Assembly (NCBI GenBank): GCA_963765575.1
Contig: CAVXWZ010000001.1
Span: 192,001 to 256,000 of the forward strand
Origin: an uncultured cyanobacterium
GTDB lineage: Bacteria > Cyanobacteriota > Cyanobacteriia > PCC-6307 > Cyanobiaceae
Length of the DNA stretch: 64,000 bases
Reading direction: 5' to 3'
Part shown: piece by piece, positions 20,730 through 32,773 of the stretch
Layout of the letters: each line of letters starts with the position of its first letter
How positions within the stretch are numbered: position 1 is the stretch's first letter
The notes under the pieces: model-generated
Seen by the model: the letters and a program-made list of their open reading frames with translations, nothing else
What the model was told of the DNA's origin: nothing
The model's database searches: none
Position numbers and translations under genes: made by a program

Positions 20730-22403
20730 TCAGCCGCTGAGCTGGGCCTTGGCGTCGTAGAGCGTTTCGGCGTCGATGCTGGCCAGGCCGCGGTCCCGTG
20801 CGAAGGCCTCCGTATTGCGCCGCACCTTGCTGCGCACGAAGAAGGGAATCTTGTGCAGCTCGGCCTCGCCGTCCGCTGTCCAGCTCAGCTCCCCGGCCGC
20901 CCCGGCCACCCCCGCCTTCACGGTTGCGGTCTCCGGCGTCGTCGCTGTCAGGGTCTGCGCCGCAGTGGTCTGCGCCGCAGTGGTCGCTGCCGCAGTGGTC
21001 GCTGCCGGCCCGGGGGCGCCCTCACCCAGGTGGCTGCGGTGGCCCTCCACGAATTCGAAGTCGTGGCGGAACATGCCGATCAGGTGCTCCTCCAGCCCCA
21101 TCATCAGCGGGTGCACCCAGGTGTCGAAGATCACGTTCGCCCCCTCCCAGCCCATCTGGGGGCTGTAGCGGGCCGGCACGTCCTGCACGTGCAGCGGTGC
21201 ACTGATCACCGCGCAGGGGAGGCCCAGGCGCTTGGCGCTGTGGCGCTCCATCTGGGTGCCCAGCACCAGCTCCGGCGCTGCGGCCGCCATGGCCTCCTCC
21301 ACCGCCAGGTAGTCGTCGCTGATCAGGGCCTCGAGCCCCAGCTCCGCCGCCGCGGCGCGCACCTCGCGGGCCTGCTCGCGGCTGTAGGTGCCCAGGCCCA
21401 CCACCACAAAGCCCAGCTCGCGGCTGGCGATGCGGGCGGCGGCCACCGCATGGCTGGCATCGCCGAAGATGAACACCCGCTTGCCGGTGAGGTAGGTGGA
21501 GTCCACGGAACGCGAATACCAGGGCAGACGTGAGCGCTGCTCCGCCGCGCACTCCCCATTGGGGCCCGGCACCAGTTCGGCGGGCAGCTCCAGGGTCAGG
21601 ATCCCGTGCAGCTCGCGCAGGAAGGCGGCGGTGGCGCCGATGCCGATCGGCACCGTGGACACCACCGGCGTGCCGAAGCTGCGCTCCAGCCAACTGCACA
21701 CCGGCCCCGCCACCTCCGGCACCAGGCAGAGATTGGCGTCGGCTGCCGGCAGCCGCTGCAGATCGGCCGGCCGGGCCCCCAAAGGCGCCACCACGGCCAC
21801 ATCGATGCCGTGCTGGTCGAGCAGAGCGGTGATCTCGCGCACATCGTCGCGACCGCGGAAGCCGAGCAGGGAGGGCCCCAGCAGATTCACCCGCGGCCGG
21901 CGGCCCTCGGCGCGCCAACGGCCGGGATCGGGCTTCGGCGTGCCGGGCGGTGGCAGCTGCCCTTTGAGCAGCCCGCGCACCAGTTGGTAGAGGGTTTCGG
22001 CCGCCCCCCAATTTTCCTTTTTGGAGTAGGCGGGCAGATCGAGGCTCACCACCGGCACGCCGCCCAGGTCCATGCCGTTGGCCAGGGCGCCGGGCTGGTC
22101 CTGGATCAGCTCGGCGGTGCAGCTCTCGCCCACCAGCAGGGCTTCGGGAGCGAAGCGCTCCACCGCCTCGGCGATCGTGCGCTTCACCAGCTCGGCGGTG
22201 TCACCGCCCAGGTCGCGGGCCTGGAAGGTGGTGTAGGTGACGGGCGGCCGGCGGTCGCGCCGCTCGATCATCGTGAACAGCAGGTCGGCGTAGGTGTCGC
22301 CCTGGGGGGCATGCAGCACGTAGTGCACCCCTTCCATGGAGGCGGCGATGCGCAGGGCGCCCACATGGGGCGGGCCTTCGTAGGTCCAGAGGGTGAGATC
22401 CAT
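20730..22403 (-). CDS. chlB: DPOR subunit B
   Basis: [25 protein letters not shown]-terminal PCP_red domain ([15 protein letters not shown]). Confidence 0.97.
   Translation of the reverse strand: MDLTLWTYEGPPHVGALRIAASMEGVHYVLHAPQGDTYADLLFTMIERRDRRPPVTYTTFQARDLGGDTAELVKRTIAEAVERFAPEALLVGESCTAELIQDQPGALANGMDLGGVPVVSLDLPAYSKKENWGAAETLYQLVRGLLKGQLPPPGTPKPDPGRWRAEGRRPRVNLLGPSLLGFRGRDDVREITALLDQHGIDVAVVAPLGARPADLQRLPAADANLCLVPEVAGPVCSWLERSFGTPVVSTVPIGIGATAAFLRELHGILTLELPAELVPGPNGECAAEQRSRLPWYSRSVDSTYLTGKRVFIFGDASHAVAAARIASRELGFVVVGLGTYSREQAREVRAAAAELGLEALISDDYLAVEEAMAAAAPELVLGTQMERHSAKRLGLPCAVISAPLHVQDVPARYSPQMGWEGANVIFDTWVHPLMMGLEEHLIGMFRHDFEFVEGHRSHLGEGAPGPAATTAAATTAAQTTAAQTLTATTPETATVKAGVAGAAGELSWTADGEAELHKIPFFVRSKVRRNTEAFARDRGLASIDAETLYDAKAQLSG
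20953..21007. repeat. ~3.7 x 15-bp in-frame tandem repeat in the ChlB linker
   Basis: gtctgcgccgcagtg x2, gtcgctgccgcagtg, gtcgctgccg; encodes [17 protein letters not shown]. Confidence 0.85.
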
Positions 22404-22444
22404 CGGGGCTGGAGAGGGGGCGGTGAGGAGGTGGCCGGGGTGAA

Positions 22445-23830
<1,386 letters not shown>

Positions 23831-25885
23831 TCAGGCACGGTCGGGGTCGTCCAGCCGCAGGTCGAGCGAGCACAGCCCCGGCTCCAGCGACCGCCAGGCT
23901 GGCCCCAGCGGCGTCTGGATCGGGGTGGGCGTCTGGGGCTGCCAGCGGGCGTCGGCGCTGTGGAACCGCCACTGGGCCAGCGGCAACCAGCCCGCCGCCG
24001 CCGCCGCCGGCTCAGGGCCGAGCAGCTGCAGCACCAGGGGCAGATGGGGCTCCAGGCCCGGATGCAGGCACGGGTAGAGCCGGTGGTGCCGGTAGCGCAC
24101 CGCCAGGGGGCCAGCGGCGAGGGGCAGGGGGCGGCCGTTGAGCAGCAGCCGGCAGCGCCCGCGCAGGGCCGCGCTGCTGCGCACCTCCAGGCGCTGCAGT
24201 GAGGCATCCACGAAGCGGCTGGTGAAGCCCCCCTCCCGCGGCGTGTCGCAGATCAGGGGCCAGGGTTCCAGGGCCGGCAGCAGGCTCAGCTGCTCCTGGG
24301 GATCCTCCCCCTGCCACTCCAGCAGGGGCGGAAAGCGCCAGCGCCAGATCGCCTGGAACGGTTGGGCCGCAAGCGGCAGCCCGGCGGCGCTGAGATCGGC
24401 CAGCACCAGCTCCAGGTCGTCCCAGAGGGGGCCGGGCAGCAGCAGGCGGTCGTGCAGCTCCGCCCCCCAGGGACGCAGCTGCGCCGGCCGTCGCTCGGGA
24501 TCGAGCAGCATCGCCGCCAGCGATGACCAGAGCAGGGCGATGGCCGCGGTCCACTGGGGATCGGGCAGGGTTTCCAGCGCCCGGAACTCGATCAGCCCCA
24601 GACAGCCGGCCGGGATGCCCGGATTCCAGAACTTGTCGAGGCTGATCTCGCAGCGGTGGTTGTTGCCGGCGCGATCGGCGTGCAGGTGGCGCAAGGTCTC
24701 GCCGATCAACTGGCGCTGATCGCCAGCCCCGAGCCGCTCCAGGAAGCGGTAGGCGAGCTCCAGGTCGAAGAGGCTGCCGAGGGCCTCATCGGGCCGCGGC
24801 GCCTGGGAGGCCGGCCCCACGCCGGCGCCGCAGAACAGGTAACTGAGGCTGGGATGGTGCTGGAAGTAGCGCAGCACCCCCACCAGCCAGGCCGGCCGGC
24901 TGAAGAAGGGGTGGCGCTCCAGGCTGGGACCGCCCCAGAGCAGGTGGTTGCCGCCGCCGGTGCCCTGCTGGGCACCATCGGCGCCGGCCTTCCAGCTGCG
25001 CAGCCCCACCTCCGCCGCCGCCCCATCCAGCAGCCCGATCCAGTGCTGGTATTCGCTCCAGCCGGCGCAGACCGGCAGGTTGATCTCCAGCACCCCCGGA
25101 TCGGCGACCAGCCCCAGCACCTGCCAACCTTCGGCGGCATCCACCGGCAACAGCCCGCTGAATTCCGGCGCCGCCAGATCGCGGCCCCGGGCCTGGTCGC
25201 TGATGGCTTGCAGCACCAGCTCGGTGGGCCGGCGCTCCAGGGGCGGCAGGAAGATCCCCCAGCCGCTGGCGTCGATTTCCAGCGCCAGCAGCTGGCAGGG
25301 GACGCCGGCGGGGAAGTGCTCCAGGGGCAGGCGCAGCCCGGCGGGACCCGGGGCCAGCGTCAGCTGGCGCTCCTCGGCAGCCAGGGCCCAGGGGCTGCTG
25401 CTCCACTGCTCCCCATCCCAGGTGAGCGGTACGGCCCACACCAGCCGTTGCGGATCGAGGGGGTCCTGCAGGCGGGTGGCGTGCAGGGGCACCCCCAGGG
25501 TTTGCCCAAGCCCCTGCAGCCAGGCGTCGGCCGCGGCTGCCGCCAGGGGCTGCCCCTGGCCGGGGGGCAGGGGCCAGGGGGCGATCGGCTGGCCGCCCTC
25601 ACCGGTGACCAGGCGCAGGGCCCAGCGGGGGTTGACCTCCCCCTCATAGCGCTTGCCGCTGCAGTAGATCAGCGTGCTGCCGGGCCAGGTGCGTCGCTGG
25701 ATCGCCGCGGCCATGGCGCGGGCGATGGGCAGCTTGGTGGGGCCATCGGCGGCCACGCTCCACTCCGCACCCTGCGGCTCAATCGGCACATAGGTGGGTT
25801 CACCCCCCAGGGTGAGTTCGATGCCCTCCTGCCGAAGCCGCGACTCAGCCCTGGCGGCGGCCGCCTCCATGGAGTTTTGCTTCAT
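23831..25885 (-). CDS. DUF2126 putative amidoligase family protein
   Basis: LTLGGEPTYV, DPGVLEINLP, GTGGGNH, HPSLSYLF, SQAPRPDE, GLIEFRA. Confidence 0.85.
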   Translation of the reverse strand: MKQNSMEAAAARAESRLRQEGIELTLGGEPTYVPIEPQGAEWSVAADGPTKLPIARAMAAAIQRRTWPGSTLIYCSGKRYEGEVNPRWALRLVTGEGGQPIAPWPLPPGQGQPLAAAAADAWLQGLGQTLGVPLHATRLQDPLDPQRLVWAVPLTWDGEQWSSSPWALAAEERQLTLAPGPAGLRLPLEHFPAGVPCQLLALEIDASGWGIFLPPLERRPTELVLQAISDQARGRDLAAPEFSGLLPVDAAEGWQVLGLVADPGVLEINLPVCAGWSEYQHWIGLLDGAAAEVGLRSWKAGADGAQQGTGGGNHLLWGGPSLERHPFFSRPAWLVGVLRYFQHHPSLSYLFCGAGVGPASQAPRPDEALGSLFDLELAYRFLERLGAGDQRQLIGETLRHLHADRAGNNHRCEISLDKFWNPGIPAGCLGLIEFRALETLPDPQWTAAIALLWSSLAAMLLDPERRPAQLRPWGAELHDRLLLPGPLWDDLELVLADLSAAGLPLAAQPFQAIWRWRFPPLLEWQGEDPQEQLSLLPALEPWPLICDTPREGGFTSRFVDASLQRLEVRSSAALRGRCRLLLNGRPLPLAAGPLAVRYRHHRLYPCLHPGLEPHLPLVLQLLGPEPAAAAAGWLPLAQWRFHSADARWQPQTPTPIQTPLGPAWRSLEPGLCSLDLRLDDPDRA

Positions 25886-26006
25886 CCGGGCTGGCTGACC
25901 CCTTGGTGTGGGCCTTCGCGTGCGGACCCATGCTGCCTGTCAATGGTTGGTTTAATACCGCAACGGTCCGGAGCATCGGATCTCGATCGCCTGGCCCCCT
26001 CGCTGG

Positions 26007-27125
26007 ATGCTGCCCCCAACCTGGCGCCGGCGCCGTCCCCCCTCCACCCGTGTGACCCGTCCCTGGCGGGCTCCCCTGGCCCTGGCCGTGGTGGTCAACC
26101 TGGCGGCGCTGGGCTATCGCCTCACCGAGGGCTGGGACTGGGGGGATTGCTACTGGATGGTGGCGATCACCTTGAGCACCATCGGTTACGGCGAGGTGTA
26201 TCCGCTCTCGACCGCCGGCCGGTTGGTCACCGCCCTGCTGATTCTGGGGGGCCTGGTGGTGGTTCAGATCAGCATTCAGGGGGTGCTGGGTCTGAGCGAA
26301 TCGGGCTATTTCAGGCGCCTGCGGGAGCGCCGTTTCCTTCGCTGGTTGAACACCATGCAAGACCACGTGATTCTCTGCGGCTATGGCCGCATCGGCCGGG
26401 AGATCGCCCAGCAGGTGGCCCGCGAGGGGGTGGAACTGCTGGTGGTGGAGACCGATCCCCAGCAGCGCGAGGCCGCCGAACAGGAGGGACTGCCCGTGCT
26501 CTCGGCCGATGCCACCCTCGATGAAACCCTGGTGGAGGCGGGCATCCACCGCTGTCGCTCGCTGGTGGTGGCGCTGTCGAGCAACGCCGCCAATCTGTAT
26601 GTGGTGCTCAGCGCCCGGGGCCTGGCTCCGCGCTGCCGGCTGGTGGCCCGTTCCGACAGTGACGAGGCGGAGCGGAAGCTGCGGCTGGCGGGGGCCGATG
26701 AGGTGGTGAGCCCGTATGTCAGCGGTGGCCGCATGATGGCGGCCACGGCCCTGCGGCCCCTGGCCGTCACCTTCATGGACCTGCTCTCGGGCAGTGACTG
26801 TGAGGTGGAGGAATTCCGCCTCAGCCCCGATCCTGCCGACCTGGGCCGGCTCATGGGCATGACCCTGGGGGATCTGGAGCTGGGTCGCCGCACCGGTGCC
26901 CTGGTACTGGCGGTACGCCAGCCCCAGCGCGAGGCGGAGGCTGGCCGCCAGTACCGGGGTACCACCTACCGGTTGCCGGATCAGGATCTGGTGGCCAACC
27001 CCGGCCGCGAGCAGACGCTCGAACCGGGGCAGCTGCTGGTGGTGATGGGCAGCAAAGCGCAGCTGGAGCTGGTCAGCGACCTGCTGGGGCCGGCGCTCAA
27101 GAGCGTCGACCACATGTCGAATTAG
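26007..27125 (+). CDS. K+ channel with RCK (TrkA-N/C) domains
   Basis: TLSTIGYGE filter; HVILCGYGRIG Rossmann motif. Confidence 0.9.
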   Translation: MLPPTWRRRRPPSTRVTRPWRAPLALAVVVNLAALGYRLTEGWDWGDCYWMVAITLSTIGYGEVYPLSTAGRLVTALLILGGLVVVQISIQGVLGLSESGYFRRLRERRFLRWLNTMQDHVILCGYGRIGREIAQQVAREGVELLVVETDPQQREAAEQEGLPVLSADATLDETLVEAGIHRCRSLVVALSSNAANLYVVLSARGLAPRCRLVARSDSDEAERKLRLAGADEVVSPYVSGGRMMAATALRPLAVTFMDLLSGSDCEVEEFRLSPDPADLGRLMGMTLGDLELGRRTGALVLAVRQPQREAEAGRQYRGTTYRLPDQDLVANPGREQTLEPGQLLVVMGSKAQLELVSDLLGPALKSVDHMSN

Positions 27126-27154
27126 GGCCTCCCGTCAGGGCCGGCGGCCGCAGC

Positions 27155-27706
27155 TCAGGAGTCGGCTTCCTCGAGGATCTGGCGCTTGAGTTCGATCTGG
27201 TAGCCGTCGGTCATGGCGTCGAGGGCCTCCGCCTCCTGGTCGTCCACCTGCAGCGCCTCGGCCAGCACCAGGTCGGGCACCTGGGTGGCGCCCACGGCGG
27301 TGAGCGCCATGCCCAGCGAGGCGCTGTCGCGGTGCCAGATCGAGGCGGCCTCGGCCAGTTTCGTGAGCGTGTCATCGCCCACCCCCTCTCCACTGCGCTG
27401 GGCGATGGCCGCCGCCAGCCGCCGGTCGTCGAAGACGGCTGCGGCCGCCAGGTGGGCGGCATGCAGGGCGCCCAGGCTGTAGAGCGCTTCGGAGCGCAGG
27501 GTCACCAGGCTCTTGCCCAGGGCCCGCTCGCGCACCTCCTGCCACGGCACCGACGGGGTGGCCTCATTGCCGGCGGCCGGTCCGCCATCGAGTTCCCCCA
27601 GGGCCGGCAGCTTGCGGCTGCCCACCGCGAGCTCGCCCCTGGCCTGGGGGTCGAGCCGATCCCCCACCCGCCGCAGCCAGCGCCCGATGCCCCTGCGTAG
27701 TGCCAT
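27155..27706 (-). CDS. hypothetical protein
   Basis: ATG 27706 gives a 183-aa ORF filling the gap between genes. Confidence 0.6.
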   Translation of the reverse strand: MALRRGIGRWLRRVGDRLDPQARGELAVGSRKLPALGELDGGPAAGNEATPSVPWQEVRERALGKSLVTLRSEALYSLGALHAAHLAAAAVFDDRRLAAAIAQRSGEGVGDDTLTKLAEAASIWHRDSASLGMALTAVGATQVPDLVLAEALQVDDQEAEALDAMTDGYQIELKRQILEEADS

Positions 27707-27743
27707 CTCTGCCGCGTTGCTACTGCCCCCACTGTGGCCCCGA

Positions 27744-28868
27744 TCAGGCCTCGCTGTCGCTGAAGCGAGCGCGGATGGCCGCCACCTCGCTGCGCCGCCG
27801 TCCGAGGGCCGCCACGCAAGCGCCGTCCAGCTTGCCGAGGGCCACCAGACGCTCCAGCTCACCGAGGGCGGCCTCCAGGCTCCAGGGCCGCTTGTAGGGC
27901 CGCTGGCTGGTGAGGGCGTCGAGCACGTCGGCCACGGCGATGATGCGCGCCTCCAGGCTGATCTCGCTGTTCTTCAGTCCGCGGGGATAGCCCGAGCCGT
28001 CGAGGCATTCGTGGTGGTCGGCCACCACATTGCGCATCATCGCCGCCTCCTGCCGCTGCTCCAGATCGAAGTCGCCGATCAGCTTCTCCAGCACCTCCAC
28101 ACCCATGCGCACGTGGCTCTCCATCTGCCGGCGCTCCTCGTCGTCCAGCTGGCCGGGCTTGAGCAGCACGTCGTCGGGGATGCCGATCTTGCCGATGTCG
28201 TGGAGCGGCGCGAAGAGCTGGAGGTGTTCCACGAAGTCATCGCTGAGGCCGTGGCTGGTCTGCAGCTCCTCGCCGATCAGGCGCGCGTAGTGGGCCATGC
28301 GTTCAAGGTGACCGCCGGTCTCGAAGTCGCGCAGGTTGGCGAACTCCCGGGCCACCTGGGCCGAGGAGACGATCGAGCGCACCAGGTTGCGCTCCTGGCT
28401 GAGGGTGAGGTTGATCAGCGTGGCGAACAGCTGCAGGCTGCTCTGCACCGTGGCCGTGAAGGCCGCCGGCGCCATGGAGTCGAAGAACAGGAAACCGATC
28501 AGGCCGCCCCCGTGCAGCAGCGGCACGGTGAAGGAGGAGCGGTAGCCCTGCTCCAGCAGCCAGCGGGAATGGGGGCTGTCGCCCGTGACCGCGTCCGGGA
28601 TGTCATCAATCACCCGGCTGTCGCCGCTGTGGGCCAGGCGGCTCAGCGAGGGGCTCTCGGCCAGGGGCCAGGCGTAGGCCGTGATCGGCGTGCCGCAGCG
28701 GCTGCTGTTCACGAAGGTGTGCAGCAGGTCGTCGCGCTGGTCGTAGAGGGCGCAGGCGATCCGGTCCACCGCCGGCACCACCGCCAGCAACTGGCCATGG
28801 AGCTCCCGCAGCCGGGCCGCGAGGCTGCCGGTGCTGGCGTCAGTGTGGTGTGGTTGAAGCGGGACCAT
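27744..28868 (-). CDS. GAF + HD-GYP phosphodiesterase
   Basis: ETGGHLERM, LHDIGKIGIPD, HHECLDGSGYP, ADVLDALTSQRPYK; N-terminal GAF. Confidence 0.9.
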   Translation of the reverse strand: MVPLQPHHTDASTGSLAARLRELHGQLLAVVPAVDRIACALYDQRDDLLHTFVNSSRCGTPITAYAWPLAESPSLSRLAHSGDSRVIDDIPDAVTGDSPHSRWLLEQGYRSSFTVPLLHGGGLIGFLFFDSMAPAAFTATVQSSLQLFATLINLTLSQERNLVRSIVSSAQVAREFANLRDFETGGHLERMAHYARLIGEELQTSHGLSDDFVEHLQLFAPLHDIGKIGIPDDVLLKPGQLDDEERRQMESHVRMGVEVLEKLIGDFDLEQRQEAAMMRNVVADHHECLDGSGYPRGLKNSEISLEARIIAVADVLDALTSQRPYKRPWSLEAALGELERLVALGKLDGACVAALGRRRSEVAAIRARFSDSEA

Positions 28869-28937
28869 TCCCTTGGCTGGTGGCCGCAGACCCCTCCATG
28901 ATCGGATCCCGCCGGTCGCCCCGCTCGGATCTCGCCG

Positions 28938-30086
28938 TCAGCCCGGGCCGCCCAGCTGAATCGGCAGACCGTGGCGGAGGCTGATCAGCTTGGAGGTGAT
29001 CACGGCCTGGCCGGGCGCCACGCCACTCAGCACTGGATAGCGGTTGTTCTGCAGCGGGCCCAGCTGCACCGGCACCTGGAGGGCGAAGCGGCTGTCGGGC
29101 GGCAGGCCGCGCAGGGCTTCGAGATCCACCTGGCCGGGGCTGCGCTCCAGGTCGGCCAGGCTGCCGGGCACGAACACGAACGCCTGGCCAGACTGCTGGG
29201 TGACGGCTTGAAAGGGCACCGAGAGTTGACTCCGCTCCTCCAGCAGCAGCCTGGTGAGGCTGCGTTGACCGCTCAACAGGCGGCCGCCGGGGTTGTCGAA
29301 TTCGGCCTTGGCCAGCAGGAACTGGCTGGCGCCGTCGATCAGCGGATCCACCGAGCCCAGGCGGCCGCGGGCCAGCACCGCCTCGCTCTGCGGATCGAGC
29401 AGCACCACGGCCTGGCCGGGGCGCACGCGCGCGGCGTAGATGGCCGGCACCTCCAGGCGGGCCTGGAGGCGGTCGTTGCGCACGATGCTCGTGAACGGTT
29501 CATTGGCCTCGACCACATCCCCCACCTTCACCTGCAGGTCGGCCACCAGGCCGGTGATCGGGGCGCGCACGGTGCGGAAGGCCAGGTCGGCCTCGCTGGC
29601 CTGCAGTTGCTCGCGGGAGGCCACGGCCCTGAGGCGAAACTGATCGCGCTGCTCGGCGCTCACGGCACCCTGCTCGGCGAGGAAGCTGTAGCGCTCGGCG
29701 TTGATCTGATCGGTGCGGGCCTGGGCGCGAAGGCGGGCCACATCGGCGCCGGCCTGCACCTGGTCGAGCACGAGCACCATCTCGCCGGCGCGCACCGCCT
29801 TGCCCTGGCTCACGCGCAGCTCCCGCACGCGACCGTCGACCTGGGAGGACAGCTGCACCTCCTCGACCGCCTCCAGGGTGCTGATCGTGTCGACGCTGCT
29901 GCTGAAGGGGCTGGCGGAGACGGTTTCGGTGTTGACACTCAGCGGCGGCGCGGCCGGCCTGCCACCGCCCTGCGGGCGGCAGCCGATCAGCATCGGCAGG
30001 GTGATCAGGGCCGCAGCGGCCAGGCCGAGCCGCCGCCGCAGGCGCAAGCGGCGTGATCGCCCAACCGTCATCCCCTCAGCTGCCAT
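28938..30086 (-). CDS. RND efflux periplasmic adaptor (MFP)
   Basis: LIGC lipobox-like segment, lipoyl halves, VRAPITG. Confidence 0.9.
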   Translation of the reverse strand: MAAEGMTVGRSRRLRLRRRLGLAAAALITLPMLIGCRPQGGGRPAAPPLSVNTETVSASPFSSSVDTISTLEAVEEVQLSSQVDGRVRELRVSQGKAVRAGEMVLVLDQVQAGADVARLRAQARTDQINAERYSFLAEQGAVSAEQRDQFRLRAVASREQLQASEADLAFRTVRAPITGLVADLQVKVGDVVEANEPFTSIVRNDRLQARLEVPAIYAARVRPGQAVVLLDPQSEAVLARGRLGSVDPLIDGASQFLLAKAEFDNPGGRLLSGQRSLTRLLLEERSQLSVPFQAVTQQSGQAFVFVPGSLADLERSPGQVDLEALRGLPPDSRFALQVPVQLGPLQNNRYPVLSGVAPGQAVITSKLISLRHGLPIQLGGPG

Positions 30087-30211
30087 GGAGGTTGGAGCTC
30101 AGGTCGCAGCGTAGGTGCCGCACTCCTCAGGGTGCTGGCGTGCCCCCACCACGATCCCCGTGATGGACCCGGCCCCCATGGGGCACGGTTCAAGCCGGTG
30201 TGACGCGACGC

Positions 30212-32713
30212 CTAGCTGCGTCGGGAGATGCGCCGGTAGCGCCGCAGCAGTGTGGGCTGCTGGCCGAACAGCTGGTAGGCCAGCAGCTTCACCTGATCCT
30301 CCACGAGGAACCACAGCAGCGAATAGCCCCACACCACGAGCGCCCAGCCCCAGCCGATGGGCTCCATGAACACTCCGTAGACCGCCAGGAGGGTGGCGAC
30401 CAGCTGGGTCCCGATCACGGCGAACAGCAGCGGCCGGGCCGGCCGGACCGACCAGAACGGGCCCACCGTGCGGGCGACGAAGACCGTGAGATGGCCGGCG
30501 ACCGAGAGCTTGAGGTAGAGCAGGGTCTGGATGAATTGCCGCGGCTGTGGAACCACCACCTCCGCCAGATAGAGGAGCCCGAAGGTGGCGACCACGCCCG
30601 TCAGCCCCACAATGGTGGCCACCCCCAGCACCAGGGGCATCTTCCAGCGCACGGGCCGAGGCTGCCAGCGGCTGCGGTCATAGGCGATCGAGAGGATGGC
30701 GCCGTCGTTGAGAAGGGCCAGCAGCAGGATCATCAACTCCGAGAGGGGATAGAAGTCGAAGACGAGGATCGAGACCGTCATGAACACCAGCACCCGGATC
30801 GTCTCAGCGATGCGGTAGATCGCGTAATGGGTCATGCGCTGGAAGATGCGGCGGCTCTCCCGGATCGCTTCGACAACCACGCTGAGACCTGGCGTGAGCA
30901 GCACGATGTCGGCGGCGCTGCGGGCGGCGTCAGTGGCCCCGGACACGGCGATGCCCGCATCGGCGCGCTTCAGTGCCGGTGCGTCGTTGACCCCGTCACC
31001 GGTCATGCCGACAAGGTGACCGCCGCGCTGCAGCAGCTCCACGATTCGGTACTTGTGCTCGGGAAACACCTCGGCGAAGCCGCTGGCCCGCTCGATCCGC
31101 TGGATGGGATCACCGGGCGGGACAGAGGGGCTGTCCCCGATCGCCTCGGCAGCCAGGATGGATGGGCCCAGGCCGAGCTGGCCCGCCATCTCCCGGGCGA
31201 TCGCCACCTGATCGCCGGTGATCAGCTTGGTGCTGATCCCCAGCTTCTCCAGCTCCTGAAGGGTTGCCAGGCTGTCCTCGCGGGGTGGATCAAATAGCGG
31301 CAGCACGCCGAGGAAGCGCCAGGTCGCTTCCGCATCGGCTTCGGCGACCGCCAGGGAGCGGAACCCGCGGGCGGCGAAGGCCTGAACGGCGCGGCCCACC
31401 TCCTCCTGAACATCGACTGCATTGGCAGACATCGCCAGCAGCACCTGGGGGGCTCCCTTGCTCACCTGGAAGCGGCGGCCCGCCCCATCCACCACCGAGG
31501 CCTCCGTTCGCTTGCGAACCGGATCAAAGGGGTGGAACTGTTCGATGCGCAGGCCGTCCTGGGCTCGGGCCTGGGACGCCTTCAGCACCGCCGCGTCGAT
31601 CGGATCGCGATCCTCGGCCCGGGAGGCCAGGGCTGCGCAGCTGATCAGATGCTCCTCGGTGCATCCGGGCACGCAGAAGGGGGTGCCGAGGGTGAGGCGG
31701 TTCTGGGTGAGTGTGCCGGTCTTGTCGGAGCAGAGGATGTCGATTCCGGCCAGCTCCTCGATGGCGGCGAGCCGCGTCACCACCGCGCGCCGGCGGGCCA
31801 GCCGTTCGGCCCCCACGGCCAGGGTCACGGAGAGCACGGTGGGCATGGCCACAGGGATTGAGGCGACGCAGAGCACCAGGGCAAAGCGCAGCGTCTGCAC
31901 CATGCCGTCACCCCGGAACAGGGCCACCAGCAGGATCACGCTGATCAGCAGCAGGGCCAGCACGATCAGGTAGTCACCGATCTTGAGCACGGCCTGCTGG
32001 AAGTGGCTCACCGGCGCCGGGGCTTCCACCAGTCGGGCCGTGCGGGCGAAGAAGGTGTGGGAGCCGGTGGCGTAGACCAGGGCATCGGCCTCGCCGCGGC
32101 GCAGGATCGACCCTGAGAGCACCGGATCGCCCCCCTGCCGCTCCACCGGCAGCGACTCGCCGGTGAGGGGAGACTGATCGACCTCGATCGCGTCCCCCGA
32201 GAGCAGGCGGCAGTCGGCCGGGGCGATGTCGCCGATGCGCAGCCGGATCACATCGCCGGGCACCAGGTCCCGCGAGGGGACCACCACCCAGCTCCCGTCC
32301 CGCAACACCAGGGCCTCCAGGGCCAGCTGGTCCTGGAGGGCAGCGATTTCGTTGCCCGCCTTGAACTCTTCCCAGAAGCCCACCAGGGCGTTGGCGCCGA
32401 GCAGCACGAGGATCAGCGCCAGATCGTTCCAGTCGCGCAGCAGGGCCGAGAGCAGGGCCGCCAGCTCGATCATCCAGGCGATCGGACTCCACAGATGGCC
32501 CAGCAGCAGCCGCCATGGCGCCACGGTGCGGCGGGGCAGCTCGTTGGGACCCCAGCGCCCCAGCCGCCGGGCGGCCTCCAGGGAGCTGAGACCCTGGGGG
32601 CCGGTGCTCAGCCTTTGGATCAGATCCGCCAGCGCCAGGGTGGCCAGGTCAGCGTCGGGCCGCTCCTGCGGCTTTGCGGCAGGCGAAGCCCGGCTGCGGG
32701 GCGCGGAGGGCAT
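30212..32713 (-). CDS. P3A-type proton-efflux P-type ATPase
   Basis: TGES, CSDKTGTLTQN, SIPVAMP, MTGDGVNDAPALK, YRIAETI, LNDG. Confidence 0.92.
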   Translation of the reverse strand: MPSAPRSRASPAAKPQERPDADLATLALADLIQRLSTGPQGLSSLEAARRLGRWGPNELPRRTVAPWRLLLGHLWSPIAWMIELAALLSALLRDWNDLALILVLLGANALVGFWEEFKAGNEIAALQDQLALEALVLRDGSWVVVPSRDLVPGDVIRLRIGDIAPADCRLLSGDAIEVDQSPLTGESLPVERQGGDPVLSGSILRRGEADALVYATGSHTFFARTARLVEAPAPVSHFQQAVLKIGDYLIVLALLLISVILLVALFRGDGMVQTLRFALVLCVASIPVAMPTVLSVTLAVGAERLARRRAVVTRLAAIEELAGIDILCSDKTGTLTQNRLTLGTPFCVPGCTEEHLISCAALASRAEDRDPIDAAVLKASQARAQDGLRIEQFHPFDPVRKRTEASVVDGAGRRFQVSKGAPQVLLAMSANAVDVQEEVGRAVQAFAARGFRSLAVAEADAEATWRFLGVLPLFDPPREDSLATLQELEKLGISTKLITGDQVAIAREMAGQLGLGPSILAAEAIGDSPSVPPGDPIQRIERASGFAEVFPEHKYRIVELLQRGGHLVGMTGDGVNDAPALKRADAGIAVSGATDAARSAADIVLLTPGLSVVVEAIRESRRIFQRMTHYAIYRIAETIRVLVFMTVSILVFDFYPLSELMILLLALLNDGAILSIAYDRSRWQPRPVRWKMPLVLGVATIVGLTGVVATFGLLYLAEVVVPQPRQFIQTLLYLKLSVAGHLTVFVARTVGPFWSVRPARPLLFAVIGTQLVATLLAVYGVFMEPIGWGWALVVWGYSLLWFLVEDQVKLLAYQLFGQQPTLLRRYRRISRRS

Positions 32714-32773
32714 GGACTTCGGCAGGTCCAGGAATCATGCAGGCGGCCAGCGGCCCTGCTCGCGCTCGGGTGT

